DNA of 20,000 bases from an uncultured virus (IMG/VR IMGVR_UViG_3300042465_006114) (IMGVR_UViG_3300042465_006114); one strand, 5' to 3'; positions 8,352 through 16,113 are shown, counted from the stretch's first letter. Numbers and translations: made by a program. Notes: generated by a model from the letters alone, not told the origin.

Positions 8352-8695
8352 AATTTGTTGTTTTAAGTTTCTGGTTGTAAATATACTATTTATTAAATAA
8401 ATAATATTTGATTGTATGAATTAATGCTTTTATATAAAAGTATATCCATATTAAAACTGTTATCCAAGACATCACTATTAATATAGATAAAGTCAAATTA
8501 TAATAAAATTTTATACTTTTATGAAAACTAAATTCTTGTAAAATTTTTTGACTTTGTTCAAATAATCCTATTGTGTTTGGTTCATTTAAAATTTTTAAAA
8601 TGTAAATTCCAATTGGATATGCTACAAAGCATCCTAATAAATAAATTTGTAATCCGTTCATAATTTTTGTTTTTAAGTTTCTGGTTGTAAATATA
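8347..8695 (-). repeat. 39-bp direct repeats (8347-8385 and 8657-8695) spanning a promoter-like element, leader and start codon
   Basis: 36/39 identical; perfect 25-nt core ttttaagtttctggttgtaaatata at 8361-8385 and 8671-8695. Confidence 0.95.
8386..8661 (-). CDS. Hypothetical two-TM membrane protein
   Basis: Two hydrophobic segments; ORF lies exactly between the direct repeats. Confidence 0.65.
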   Translation of the reverse strand: MNGLQIYLLGCFVAYPIGIYILKILNEPNTIGLFEQSQKILQEFSFHKSIKFYYNLTLSILIVMSWITVLIWIYFYIKALIHTIKYYLFNK

Positions 8696-9209
8696 TGTTA
8701 ATTATTTTATTTTCTTTTTCGTATTCTAATCTTTTTAAGTATGCTTCTTCTTCGGTTTTAAACATTCCCAAATTTATTTTTTTGTGATTTATTTGAATTT
8801 GACTTAACCATCTTTTATCTCTTGAAATATAAGAAACTCCTCTATAAACACTTGAAGTTTTTTTACCTATAAATCTATGACAATTATTTTCTGATGCTGA
8901 AACCCATTCTAAATTTTCAATTCTATTGTCTTTTCGGTTTAAATTTTTGTGATTTACTTGTTTTTTATTATTTTCATTACTAATAAAAGATTTAGCAATC
9001 AATCTATGAACTCTAAATAATTTTGTTTTTTTTTCAAAAATTAAGTGAATCAAACAATAACCATCTTTGTCTAAATATTGAGGTATTATTTTTTTTTCAT
9101 TTTTAATTCTACCAAAATTACTTACTTGATACAAAATATCAAAACCATCTAACTCTTTCCAAATTTCGCCTTTTATATCTTTGTTAGATATATTTTTATG
9201 AATTTCCAT
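8673..9209 (-). CDS. NUMOD4-HNH homing endonuclease with C-terminal AP2-like domain
   Basis: EIWK..YQVSNFGRIK (NUMOD4); VHRLIA..VNHKN..DNRIENLEW (HNH_3); SSVYRGVS..W..LGMFKTEEEA (AP2-like). ATG at 9209 preferred to GTG at 9224. Confidence 0.9.
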   Translation of the reverse strand: MEIHKNISNKDIKGEIWKELDGFDILYQVSNFGRIKNEKKIIPQYLDKDGYCLIHLIFEKKTKLFRVHRLIAKSFISNENNKKQVNHKNLNRKDNRIENLEWVSASENNCHRFIGKKTSSVYRGVSYISRDKRWLSQIQINHKKINLGMFKTEEEAYLKRLEYEKENKIINIYLQPET

Positions 9210-9337
9210 AATAATAAAAAGCACCTAATTTCGTAAAATGGTGGATTCACTACTCTCAAATGCTATTAAATTTATATTTTTTCGCCACTTACATTATTCC
9301 ACCATAGATAATGTATTGAAAATATAATAAAAAAAAT

Positions 9338-9964
9338 TTAATCTATTCCTTTTTCTCTATTATCTGATAAACTCATAACATAGTATGTAGCTGGGCAATT
9401 TTCCGCTTTTTTGTGCTTTCCATTTTGCATCATATTTTGTATTAAAGCAAAGTCGTGTCCATATTCTGCATCGTGCTTAGGCATTTGCTTTAAAAAATCA
9501 GTTCTTACAATTAGTTCACTATGACCTATCATACCGTATTCTAAACGAGAAACCCTTGTTCCGTTTACTGGTTTAACTTCCGAGTTAAAGTAAACAAAAT
9601 CTAAATCAGTTCCTTCTATTTGAGAAAGATAATTTTCAAAATGATTAGGTAAAATAATATCATCGTTAGCAAAAAATACAAAATACTTTCCTTGTGCAAT
9701 TTGTATGTTGTTATTGGTAATTGCAAAACCGTGTCCGCCTTGATTAATTGGATTGTTACATATCATCAAGTCATTTCCATTATGCGAACATTGGTCTATT
9801 AATCCAGCAAAATATTCGCTATCTATAAAGTCTTGCATTACTGGACAACCATCTCCTACAACATAAGCTTCCCAACCATTTGTGTTTTGATTAGCAATAC
9901 AATTTATTGCTCTTATAGTTCTTTCTGGTCTGCCATAACTAGGCATTGATAATGTTAATCTCAT
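9338..9964 (-). CDS. Glycosyltransferase family 2 (GT-A fold)
   Basis: MPSYGR N-terminal strand, VVGDG, AQGKYFVFFANDDII (DxD-like), GHDFAL. Confidence 0.85.
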   Translation of the reverse strand: MRLTLSMPSYGRPERTIRAINCIANQNTNGWEAYVVGDGCPVMQDFIDSEYFAGLIDQCSHNGNDLMICNNPINQGGHGFAITNNNIQIAQGKYFVFFANDDIILPNHFENYLSQIEGTDLDFVYFNSEVKPVNGTRVSRLEYGMIGHSELIVRTDFLKQMPKHDAEYGHDFALIQNMMQNGKHKKAENCPATYYVMSLSDNREKGID

Positions 9965-10218
9965 AATTTTTCTTCTTTTTTATATATTTCTAATAGTTCT
10001 TTTTGTATAGTAAGAATTTGTAAATCACTTAATGCTTCTACATCATAAGTTCTTGATTTGTCTATAACTTCTAAAAGTAAATCTAATTTATAAGCAAGAG
10101 AACCTAATTCTTCTTGGGTTTCAATATCTTCAAAATCTTGTACAAAGTCAATTACTATTTGACTGTATTTTTCCATATTATAATAAGTATCGTTGCTTAA
10201 CTGCTCTATTGTTCTCAT
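9961..10218 (-). CDS. Hypothetical phage protein ending in KELLEIYKKE motif
   Basis: ATGA overlap with the downstream GT2; helical, acidic. Confidence 0.65.
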   Translation of the reverse strand: MRTIEQLSNDTYYNMEKYSQIVIDFVQDFEDIETQEELGSLAYKLDLLLEVIDKSRTYDVEALSDLQILTIQKELLEIYKKEEKL

Positions 10219-10220
10219 AA

Positions 10221-10427
10221 TTATTTAATTTTATTTTTAAGTTGCATTTCTAGTTTCTGAACATTAATCATTTGCGTTACTACATTGCAAATAGCGTTTG
10301 CTTGTGGTATAAAAGCTTTGTCTGATTTAACTTTTTCAAGCGTATCAAATAATACGCCTTTAATATCAAAATTAACATTTTCTGTTCTTACTATTTCTGA
10401 TATTTTATTGTTTTGTTGTAATTCCAT
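10221..10427 (-). CDS. Hypothetical phage protein
   Basis: 68-aa ORF in operon context. Confidence 0.6.
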   Translation of the reverse strand: MELQQNNKISEIVRTENVNFDIKGVLFDTLEKVKSDKAFIPQANAICNVVTQMINVQKLEMQLKNKIK

Positions 10428-10690
10428 TTTTCTTTTTTGTAGATTTCTAATAGTTCTTTTGTCGTTAATTCTTTATGTCCAAAATCATTACTCCATCCAT
10501 TTTCATAACAAGAATAAGTATGTTCATCTAAAAAATGAGCAAACCCAATAGTAAATTCATCTCTATCTACTTCTGTTTCTTCAATACCAGCCAATATACC
10601 AGCTTCAAAAAGTTCATCTTCTGTTTCTCTACCGTTTAAATTTTGTTTATGTAAAAAAGAATAATATTCTACTTTTTCTTTTAGTGTCAT
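10391..10690 (-). CDS. Hypothetical phage protein with TTKELLEIYKKE motif
   Basis: 99-aa ORF, ATGA-coupled to the upstream small ORF. Confidence 0.65.
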   Translation of the reverse strand: MTLKEKVEYYSFLHKQNLNGRETEDELFEAGILAGIEETEVDRDEFTIGFAHFLDEHTYSCYENGWSNDFGHKELTTKELLEIYKKEKWNYNKTIKYQK

Positions 10691-10806
10691 AATTTAAAAA
10701 TATTTTTTATTAAAAAAATAATTAACAAAATCATTGTTAGAATTATTATTAATCCAGAATAAAAAGTCAATATTCTTACTATTAATTTTTTATTTTTTTG
10801 TTTCAT
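10687..10806 (-). CDS. 39-aa membrane peptide (not in ORF track)
   Basis: Hand translation MKQKNKKLIVRILTFYSGLIIILTMILLIIFLIKNIFKL; stop overlaps next start (ATGA). Confidence 0.5.
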   Translation of the reverse strand: MKQKNKKLIVRILTFYSGLIIILTMILLIIFLIKNIFKL

Positions 10807-10897
10807 ATTTTTTTTCTTTTTTGTCGTTTTCAATATAACCTACTAAAATAAACTTTCCATAAAACCATTTGTAGCAAGGAACTTTATCTTCTTTCAT
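10790..10897 (-). CDS. 35-aa hypothetical peptide (not in ORF track)
   Basis: Hand translation MKEDKVPCYKWFYGKFILVGYIENDKKEKKYETKK; starts 1 nt after the upstream stop. Confidence 0.4.
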   Translation of the reverse strand: MKEDKVPCYKWFYGKFILVGYIENDKKEKKYETKK

Positions 10898-10898
10898 C

Positions 10899-11009
10899 TT
10901 AAAAATATTTAATGTACAATGCTGAAAAAATAACTGCAACAAAACCAAATAAAATTAAACAAACAATAAACTCAATAAAATTTTTTAAAACATAATTCCA
11001 TTTTCTCAT
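10899..11009 (-). CDS. 36-aa membrane peptide (not in ORF track)
   Basis: Hand translation MRKWNYVLKNFIEFIVCLILFGFVAVIFSALYIKYF; ATGA overlap with the acyltransferase stop. Confidence 0.5.
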   Translation of the reverse strand: MRKWNYVLKNFIEFIVCLILFGFVAVIFSALYIKYF

Positions 11010-11689
11010 AACTCCATTTTTTCAAATTCATCTATAATTTCTTGTATCTCTAATTCTGTAAATTTGTTTTTTAAATGTGTATTTTGTTTTATACATCTTG
11101 GGGGTGTTCCAACATAAAGTCCAAAGCATTTAGGATTTACTTTTTTAGTAATAACCGTTCCCATTCCAATCATACTTCCAGAACCAATTCTTGAATATTG
11201 ATGACAAACACTACCTAATCCCATATTGACATAACTACCTAACAATGTATGACCAGCGATTATTACATTACAAGCTAAAGTACAATTGCTATTTATTGTA
11301 CTATCGTGTCCAATATGACTAGCTTTTAACATAACAATATTGTCGCATAAAATAGTTGGTTTTTCACATCCAGCATTTACAGTAACAAACTCTCTAAACG
11401 TATTGCCATTTCCGATTATCACTCCTTGATTTAGTTTTCCAAAATATTCCTTATGTTCTGGTTCAGTTCCAATTGAACAAAATGATTCAAAATGATTATT
11501 ATCGCCTATTACAGTATCTCCAGTAATATAACAAAAAGCACCGATGTAATTGTTTTTACCTAATACAACATCATTTCCTATAATAGCAGTAGGGTGTATG
11601 TAGTTACTACTATCTCTAACAATAAATCTATAAGTACCGCTTAAAGAAGCGTGTTGACTTTCGTCTTGATTTGGAGTTAAATCTTCCAT
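11006..11689 (-). CDS. LpxA-like left-handed beta-helix acyltransferase
   Basis: IHPTAII, hexapeptide repeats, FREFVTVNAG, SHIGHDS, VCHQYSRIG parallel the LpxA motifs IRExVTI, HxAHDC and VHQF. Confidence 0.8.
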   Translation of the reverse strand: MEDLTPNQDESQHASLSGTYRFIVRDSSNYIHPTAIIGNDVVLGKNNYIGAFCYITGDTVIGDNNHFESFCSIGTEPEHKEYFGKLNQGVIIGNGNTFREFVTVNAGCEKPTILCDNIVMLKASHIGHDSTINSNCTLACNVIIAGHTLLGSYVNMGLGSVCHQYSRIGSGSMIGMGTVITKKVNPKCFGLYVGTPPRCIKQNTHLKNKFTELEIQEIIDEFEKMEL

Positions 11690-11691
11690 AG

Positions 11692-12318
11692 CTATTTATT
11701 GAATTTAGTTAAGTATATTTCCTCTGATGGTAAGCCACCCCACATATCAATATACATTGCTCTGTTTTGAGCAAAGCGATTGTTTAAAGATGGTTCTTTA
11801 GCAATAGTCATTGAATTACGATATACAATTGGGTCTAAAAAAGAAGTCCAAGTTTTGTTGGCTTTCATTAAACTCATTTTGTAATCAAACGAATTATCTT
11901 CAAAGTATGCTGGAAAAAACTCCTCGTCAAATTTACCAGCTTTTTTCCACATATCTACTTTCAAAATAAAACTGCACCAGTTCTGAAAAGAATTAATGAA
12001 GTCGGCATTTTGGTTATTTTTAATTACCATTTTAATTTCGTGTTCTGTTCTTCCTAAGTAAATATCATCGTTTAGCATTAAAACGTGAGTAGCATCTACT
12101 TTTTCTGCATAATCCATTATGTAGTTCCAGCTTTTTGCAACTCCTAAATTTTCTTCTGGTCGGTAAATTGCAAATTTTTCCTCTCTAGTTATTATGGATT
12201 GATTTCCATTATCTACAATAAAGATTTCGTTATCTTTAAAATCCTCAAAGTATCCACTTAAAGCTTCGTTAAGCAAATCTGCTCTATTCAATGTTGGTAT
12301 TCCAATTATTAGTTTCAT
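11692..12318 (-). CDS. Glycosyltransferase family 2 (GT-A fold)
   Basis: IPTLNR, IVDNG, NLGVAKSWN, LNDD, FDEEFFPAYFED. Confidence 0.88.
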   Translation of the reverse strand: MKLIIGIPTLNRADLLNEALSGYFEDFKDNEIFIVDNGNQSIITREEKFAIYRPEENLGVAKSWNYIMDYAEKVDATHVLMLNDDIYLGRTEHEIKMVIKNNQNADFINSFQNWCSFILKVDMWKKAGKFDEEFFPAYFEDNSFDYKMSLMKANKTWTSFLDPIVYRNSMTIAKEPSLNNRFAQNRAMYIDMWGGLPSEEIYLTKFNK

Positions 12319-12330
12319 ATTGATTTAATT

Positions 12331-12468
12331 TTAATATTCTATTCGTTCACATTCTTTTTTACACACTTTAGAGCAATAAATACTTTCGCAAGATTCTCCG
12401 CAAAAATCACAAAAATTGTTTATTGGTTCGTCTGGAGTTTGTTCTTTACATTCATCGTAGTTTCCCAT
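12331..12468 (-). CDS. 45-aa zinc-finger peptide (not in ORF track)
   Basis: Hand translation ...FCDFCGESCESIYCSKVCKKEC...; CxxC...YCSxxC treble-clef-like pattern; fills the operon gap. Confidence 0.65.
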   Translation of the reverse strand: MGNYDECKEQTPDEPINNFCDFCGESCESIYCSKVCKKECERIEY

Positions 12469-12471
12469 ATC

Positions 12472-13008
12472 TTATTTTATTAAAAATGTTTTTTTATGAA
12501 TAGCTACTTCTCCATCTTTAATTTGAGATTCAACAATTTTTTTAGAAATTACTTTGCTTAATTTTTTAAAACATTTGAATAATTGTTTACTATTTAAAAT
12601 ACCAGCTTCGTTTAAACCGTGAATTTCTTTTCTAATTTTTTCCGCATCTGTAATAAACCCTTTAGATATTTTAAAACCTTGTTCTTTAATTTGTTCTTTC
12701 AAACTTAAATACGGTTCTGCTTTACCAAAAATTAAAGATATTGAAATATCTCTATTTTTTTTATCATACATTATTTCTTTTAATATATCAATATCTCTTT
12801 GTTGAATAATAGGTTCTCCAGTTTCTTTATTAAAGATTGTGCCATCAACATCTTTTTCTAATTTAATGTTTTTTAATGTGTTTAATGGTTTTTTAGGGTA
12901 AACAATTCCAGTTGTTTTATCAATTATACCATCATTAGTGTCGCAAACTTTAGATACAATTTTTTCGACTTTTGAAATTTCTTTTAATTGTTTTTTTGTT
13001 GTTTTCAT
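12472..13008 (-). CDS. Hypothetical basic protein
   Basis: 178-aa ORF; internal repeat DGIIDKTTG / DGTIFNKETG. Confidence 0.65.
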   Translation of the reverse strand: MKTTKKQLKEISKVEKIVSKVCDTNDGIIDKTTGIVYPKKPLNTLKNIKLEKDVDGTIFNKETGEPIIQQRDIDILKEIMYDKKNRDISISLIFGKAEPYLSLKEQIKEQGFKISKGFITDAEKIRKEIHGLNEAGILNSKQLFKCFKKLSKVISKKIVESQIKDGEVAIHKKTFLIK

Positions 13009-13068
13009 TTTCTTAGTTTTAATTATTATTTAATTTTTAGCACCCTCTTTCTTCAATTAATATTCAAG

Positions 13069-13256
13069 CAAGGTTTAAGACCTTGTGTAAAAAAGTTAGG
13101 GTCAAGCCGAGAACTCATTTGTGTTGTATGGTGCGTAACTTTTATACAATTAAGTATTCTGTCCATCTAAATTCAGCAATTCCTTTCTCAAGGGAACAAC
13201 ACATTCAGACTCACATCTGATATTCTTATTTATACTCGTGTCAATGTTTTCCGAGT
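13069..13256 (-). ncRNA. Candidate structured RNA with several stems and pseudoknots
   Basis: Six complementary segment pairs in a 250-nt intergenic gap (see findings). Confidence 0.55.
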
Positions 13257-13261
13257 TTTTA

Positions 13262-13603
13262 TTAGCAATGATGCTCTTCTCTATGACAATTTGAACAAAG
13301 AAGTATGCATTTATCTAACTCAAGTTTTAAATCATCTGATAGCCCACCTCTTGAATTAAAATAGTCTTTATCTTTTGTACTAGGGTCTATGTGATGAAAC
13401 TCTAATGCTGCAATACATTTGTTGTATCCACATTTTATACATTTACCACCTTTATAATCTACCGCCAGTTGCTTTGTATTTCTTTGTCTTTCTTTATTAG
13501 ATATGACAATACAAGATTTACAATAAGAACTAGCTTTGGTTGATTTATAAAAATCATCTTTAGATTTACTTAATTTACACTTAGGACATACTTTATTACT
13601 CAT
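13262..13603 (-). CDS. Zinc-binding HNH endonuclease
   Basis: CPKC..CKSC N-terminal zinc motif; CIKCGY..LEFHHIDP..LLCSNCHREEH. ATG at 13603 preferred to TTG at 13609. Confidence 0.85.
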   Translation of the reverse strand: MSNKVCPKCKLSKSKDDFYKSTKASSYCKSCIVISNKERQRNTKQLAVDYKGGKCIKCGYNKCIAALEFHHIDPSTKDKDYFNSRGGLSDDLKLELDKCILLCSNCHREEHHC

Positions 13604-13784
13604 TGTCAATTGTTTTAAAAATAAAGGTTTTATACATTATGGATAACCTTTAACCACCTACCATTACTGATAGTATCTTTGTGTAAAGCGTTAAAGTCTA
13701 TCTTAACTACATCTTATTAAATGGTAGGGATTTAACCTACGTTTCTTTACAAAGGTATTCAATGTTTAACCTTAACTTTATTAG

Positions 13785-13855
13785 TTACCCAAATAGGATT
13801 TGAACCTATAATGACTGCACCAAAAACAGTAGTGTTACCGTTACACTATCGGGCA
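13785..13855 (-). tRNA. trnQ: tRNA-Gln (anticodon TTG), CCA not encoded
   Basis: TGCCCGA/TTGGGTA acceptor stem, GTGT-AACGGTA-ACAC D arm, ACTGT-TTTTGGT-GCAGT anticodon arm, ATAGG-TTCAAAT-CCTAT T arm. Confidence 0.95.
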
Positions 13856-13860
13856 ATTTA

Positions 13861-14166
13861 TTAACCAATTATTTCTCCAGTAAACATATCTACTGAATAT
13901 TGTCTTGTAGCTTTTTGCGTAATACATATTTTTTCAATGATTGCACTTGTAGAATAAATCTCGTTGTATTTTTTTGATTTTAAATGGTAAGTGATTTTTA
14001 CACAATCTCCTTTTTCAAATCTTAACTGTGATACAAGAGCTTTTATATCTTGAAAACAAACAAAGGCAACTGGTAAATAAATTTCTTCATTTTTTACCCT
14101 AATGATAATTTGTGTTACCTTATCGGAAACATTTATTATGTCCATTATTTTGCCAACTACAACCAT
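13861..14166 (-). CDS. OB-fold ssDNA-binding-like protein (DUF3127-like)
   Basis: MxVxGKI start, beta-rich pattern, GDxVKITYxL; last gene of the replication module. Confidence 0.55.
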   Translation of the reverse strand: MVVVGKIMDIINVSDKVTQIIIRVKNEEIYLPVAFVCFQDIKALVSQLRFEKGDCVKITYHLKSKKYNEIYSTSAIIEKICITQKATRQYSVDMFTGEIIG

Positions 14167-14201
14167 ATAAAATATATTATATGTAAAAATAATTATTTTT
14201 T

Positions 14202-15041
14202 TTAATATTTTAACATTTCTATATTAATTTTTTGCAAAAGAATGTTTAAATCTAAATTTAATAGAAATCTATTTACAATAAATTCTCTTGCAAATTTTTT
14301 AATCATATCTTCTTTTTCAAACTGCATATCAGCAACCTTTTTAATGTATTCATTTTTGATAACATTTTCGGTTACTTTCTTTTTTCGTTGCTCCATATAC
14401 AACTTGTTACCGTAATCCATAGCTTCGTCAATAAGTTTTTGGTCAATGTTACCTTTAGTAATTGGTATTAACTTATTAAACTTTATAAAATTGTAAAGAG
14501 AATCTCCAGCATCAATATAAGTCAATCCTAATTCGTTTTCTTTTTTTGCAATAATTAAAAGCTCTTTAAAATTAGAAACTCTTTCTTCATTTGGCATTGG
14601 CACAATTTCATCTTCTTTTAGTTTTTGTATATTATTTCTAACTTTAAAAACAACTTCGTTTCTATGTTCTTGATATGATTTTAAAACTTTAGAAACATAT
14701 ATTGGAGAAAGTTTTCCATAATGCTCGGCATCTGTATTTAATGTTTGATTAGCCAATAGATTTATGCACTCTTTTAAGTCGTAAGCATTAAACGTAGGAA
14801 AGTGTTCCTTTATAAAATTAGATAACAAATTAATTTGTGATGCTTCTGGAGTTTCTATTCCGACATAAACTGCCCATCTAACAATTAAAGAATTTAAAAT
14901 CATCAAATCTTCTTTTGTTGAAAAGAATTTTAATCGCTTATCTGTAATGTAAGCATTGTAAAGGTTAATTTCCTTTGAATTAGTATTTGGTAAATTACTA
15001 ATTATTGAAACCGAGTTCTGTTGCTTTGATAACTTGTTCAT
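14202..15041 (-). CDS. Hypothetical replication protein, possible helicase loader
   Basis: Directly downstream of and overlapping the initiator-like gene; helical; function inferred from position only. Confidence 0.5.
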   Translation of the reverse strand: MNKLSKQQNSVSIISNLPNTNSKEINLYNAYITDKRLKFFSTKEDLMILNSLIVRWAVYVGIETPEASQINLLSNFIKEHFPTFNAYDLKECINLLANQTLNTDAEHYGKLSPIYVSKVLKSYQEHRNEVVFKVRNNIQKLKEDEIVPMPNEERVSNFKELLIIAKKENELGLTYIDAGDSLYNFIKFNKLIPITKGNIDQKLIDEAMDYGNKLYMEQRKKKVTENVIKNEYIKKVADMQFEKEDMIKKFAREFIVNRFLLNLDLNILLQKINIEMLKY

Positions 15042-15669
15042 AAGCGTTTTCTTGTTTTGTTTTTTCTGTCTTAATATTTTCGTTTAAATATGATTCAAAC
15101 TTATTTCCAAACAATGTATTTGGAGTTAAGTAATCCTCAAACTTTGTGTTTTGCCATTTAGTAGATTTTACCGAAATAACTTTTATAAAATCATCTAACG
15201 TATAACCTTCGCTAAATCTTGCATTAATATTAATTATAGCAACTTTTGAATTTGTCTTAAAAGATTTACCAGTACATTCATTTAAAAAGTTAATAATCTT
15301 TTCAATCAATTCATCATTGGTCTTTGGTTTAACTTGGGGTTGTCTTAATTGTTTTGCTTTAGGTTTTAAAATTACATATTTAGGTTTTATTACTTCATCT
15401 TCTGGATTAATAGACATAACGTTTCCGTATAAATTAATTATTATTTCGTTTCTTTTTTTAACTAAAGAATAATTTTTTATATATTTTGGAAACACATCTA
15501 TTCCGTACTGAATTATACGATAATATGTGCTTTTAGCAACATTAGGTGTAACACTTAATTTTATCACTTGACCATTCTCTCCATTATACTGAATAAGAAG
15601 TGGCATCCAAGTTTGATAATACAACGCACCTTTACTTCGTAAGTCTTTGATAAATAGCATTAGCTCCAT
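14998..15669 (-). CDS. Phage replication initiator-like protein with Phg_2220_C domain
   Basis: IINFLNECTGKSFK..INARFSEGYTLDDFIKVI..W....YLTPNTLFGNKFESYLNE. Confidence 0.8.
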   Translation of the reverse strand: MELMLFIKDLRSKGALYYQTWMPLLIQYNGENGQVIKLSVTPNVAKSTYYRIIQYGIDVFPKYIKNYSLVKKRNEIIINLYGNVMSINPEDEVIKPKYVILKPKAKQLRQPQVKPKTNDELIEKIINFLNECTGKSFKTNSKVAIININARFSEGYTLDDFIKVISVKSTKWQNTKFEDYLTPNTLFGNKFESYLNENIKTEKTKQENAYEQVIKATELGFNN

Positions 15670-15899
15670 TAGTCATCTATTAAATCGTCATAAGATACAT
15701 TTAGTGCTTTCTTTATTGGTTTTAATGTATTGATGTTAAAGTTCGTTCTTTTGCCATTAATAATTTCGTTAAGGATATACATAGAAACAGATTCTCCATT
15801 GTTGGTTTGTTTAATTAAATTATGCAAATCTTTTTGTGTCATACCTCGTTTAATAAGTATCTTATAAATCTTGGTTACTTGAATAGTTATTTCTTCCAT
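15669..15899 (-). CDS. XRE/Cro-family HTH regulator
   Basis: ILIKRGMTQKDL...LNEIINGK..NINTLKPIKKALNVSYDDLI. Confidence 0.85.
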   Translation of the reverse strand: MEEITIQVTKIYKILIKRGMTQKDLHNLIKQTNNGESVSMYILNEIINGKRTNFNINTLKPIKKALNVSYDDLIDD

Positions 15900-15900
15900 T

Positions 15901-16113
15901 TTATTGTTTTAAATATTGAGTAAAATAATCGTATTTTTTATGGCGTATCGCATCGTTATAATTAGAAACAAAACTTTTAGAACCTAACTTAACTAATGTA
16001 TTAGAAACACTTGTTTTTATAGATTCTAAATCTACTTGTCCAAATAAATCTCTGTAAATTAAAACAGTTAAATTATCAATTGCTTCAAAAGAAGGTGTTT
16101 TTATTATTTCCAT
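15901..16113 (-). CDS. Hypothetical protein
   Basis: Start MEIIK at 16113 is TAATG-coupled to the upstream stop, preferred to 16146. Confidence 0.6.
   Translation of the reverse strand: MEIIKTPSFEAIDNLTVLIYRDLFGQVDLESIKTSVSNTLVKLGSKSFVSNYNDAIRHKKYDYFTQYLKQ

Noticed and set aside
13105..13205. Hammerhead ribozyme (CAAAUGAG and GAAA)
   Set aside because: Core is not CUGANGA and the stem order does not fit hammerhead topology
13620..13647. dif-like Xer site (CATAATGTATA on the minus strand matches the E. coli dif core)
   Set aside because: The highly conserved XerD arm TTATGTTAAAT is absent; the sequence is better explained as a hairpin loop
13720..13784. HDV-like theta ribozyme after the tRNA
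   Set aside because: No nested double-pseudoknot P1/P2/P3 pattern found at the tRNA 3' end
13020..13784. Group I intron around the HNH gene
   Set aside because: AAGAUGUAGU resembles the S element, but no matching P7 partner in the right order and no interrupted host gene were found
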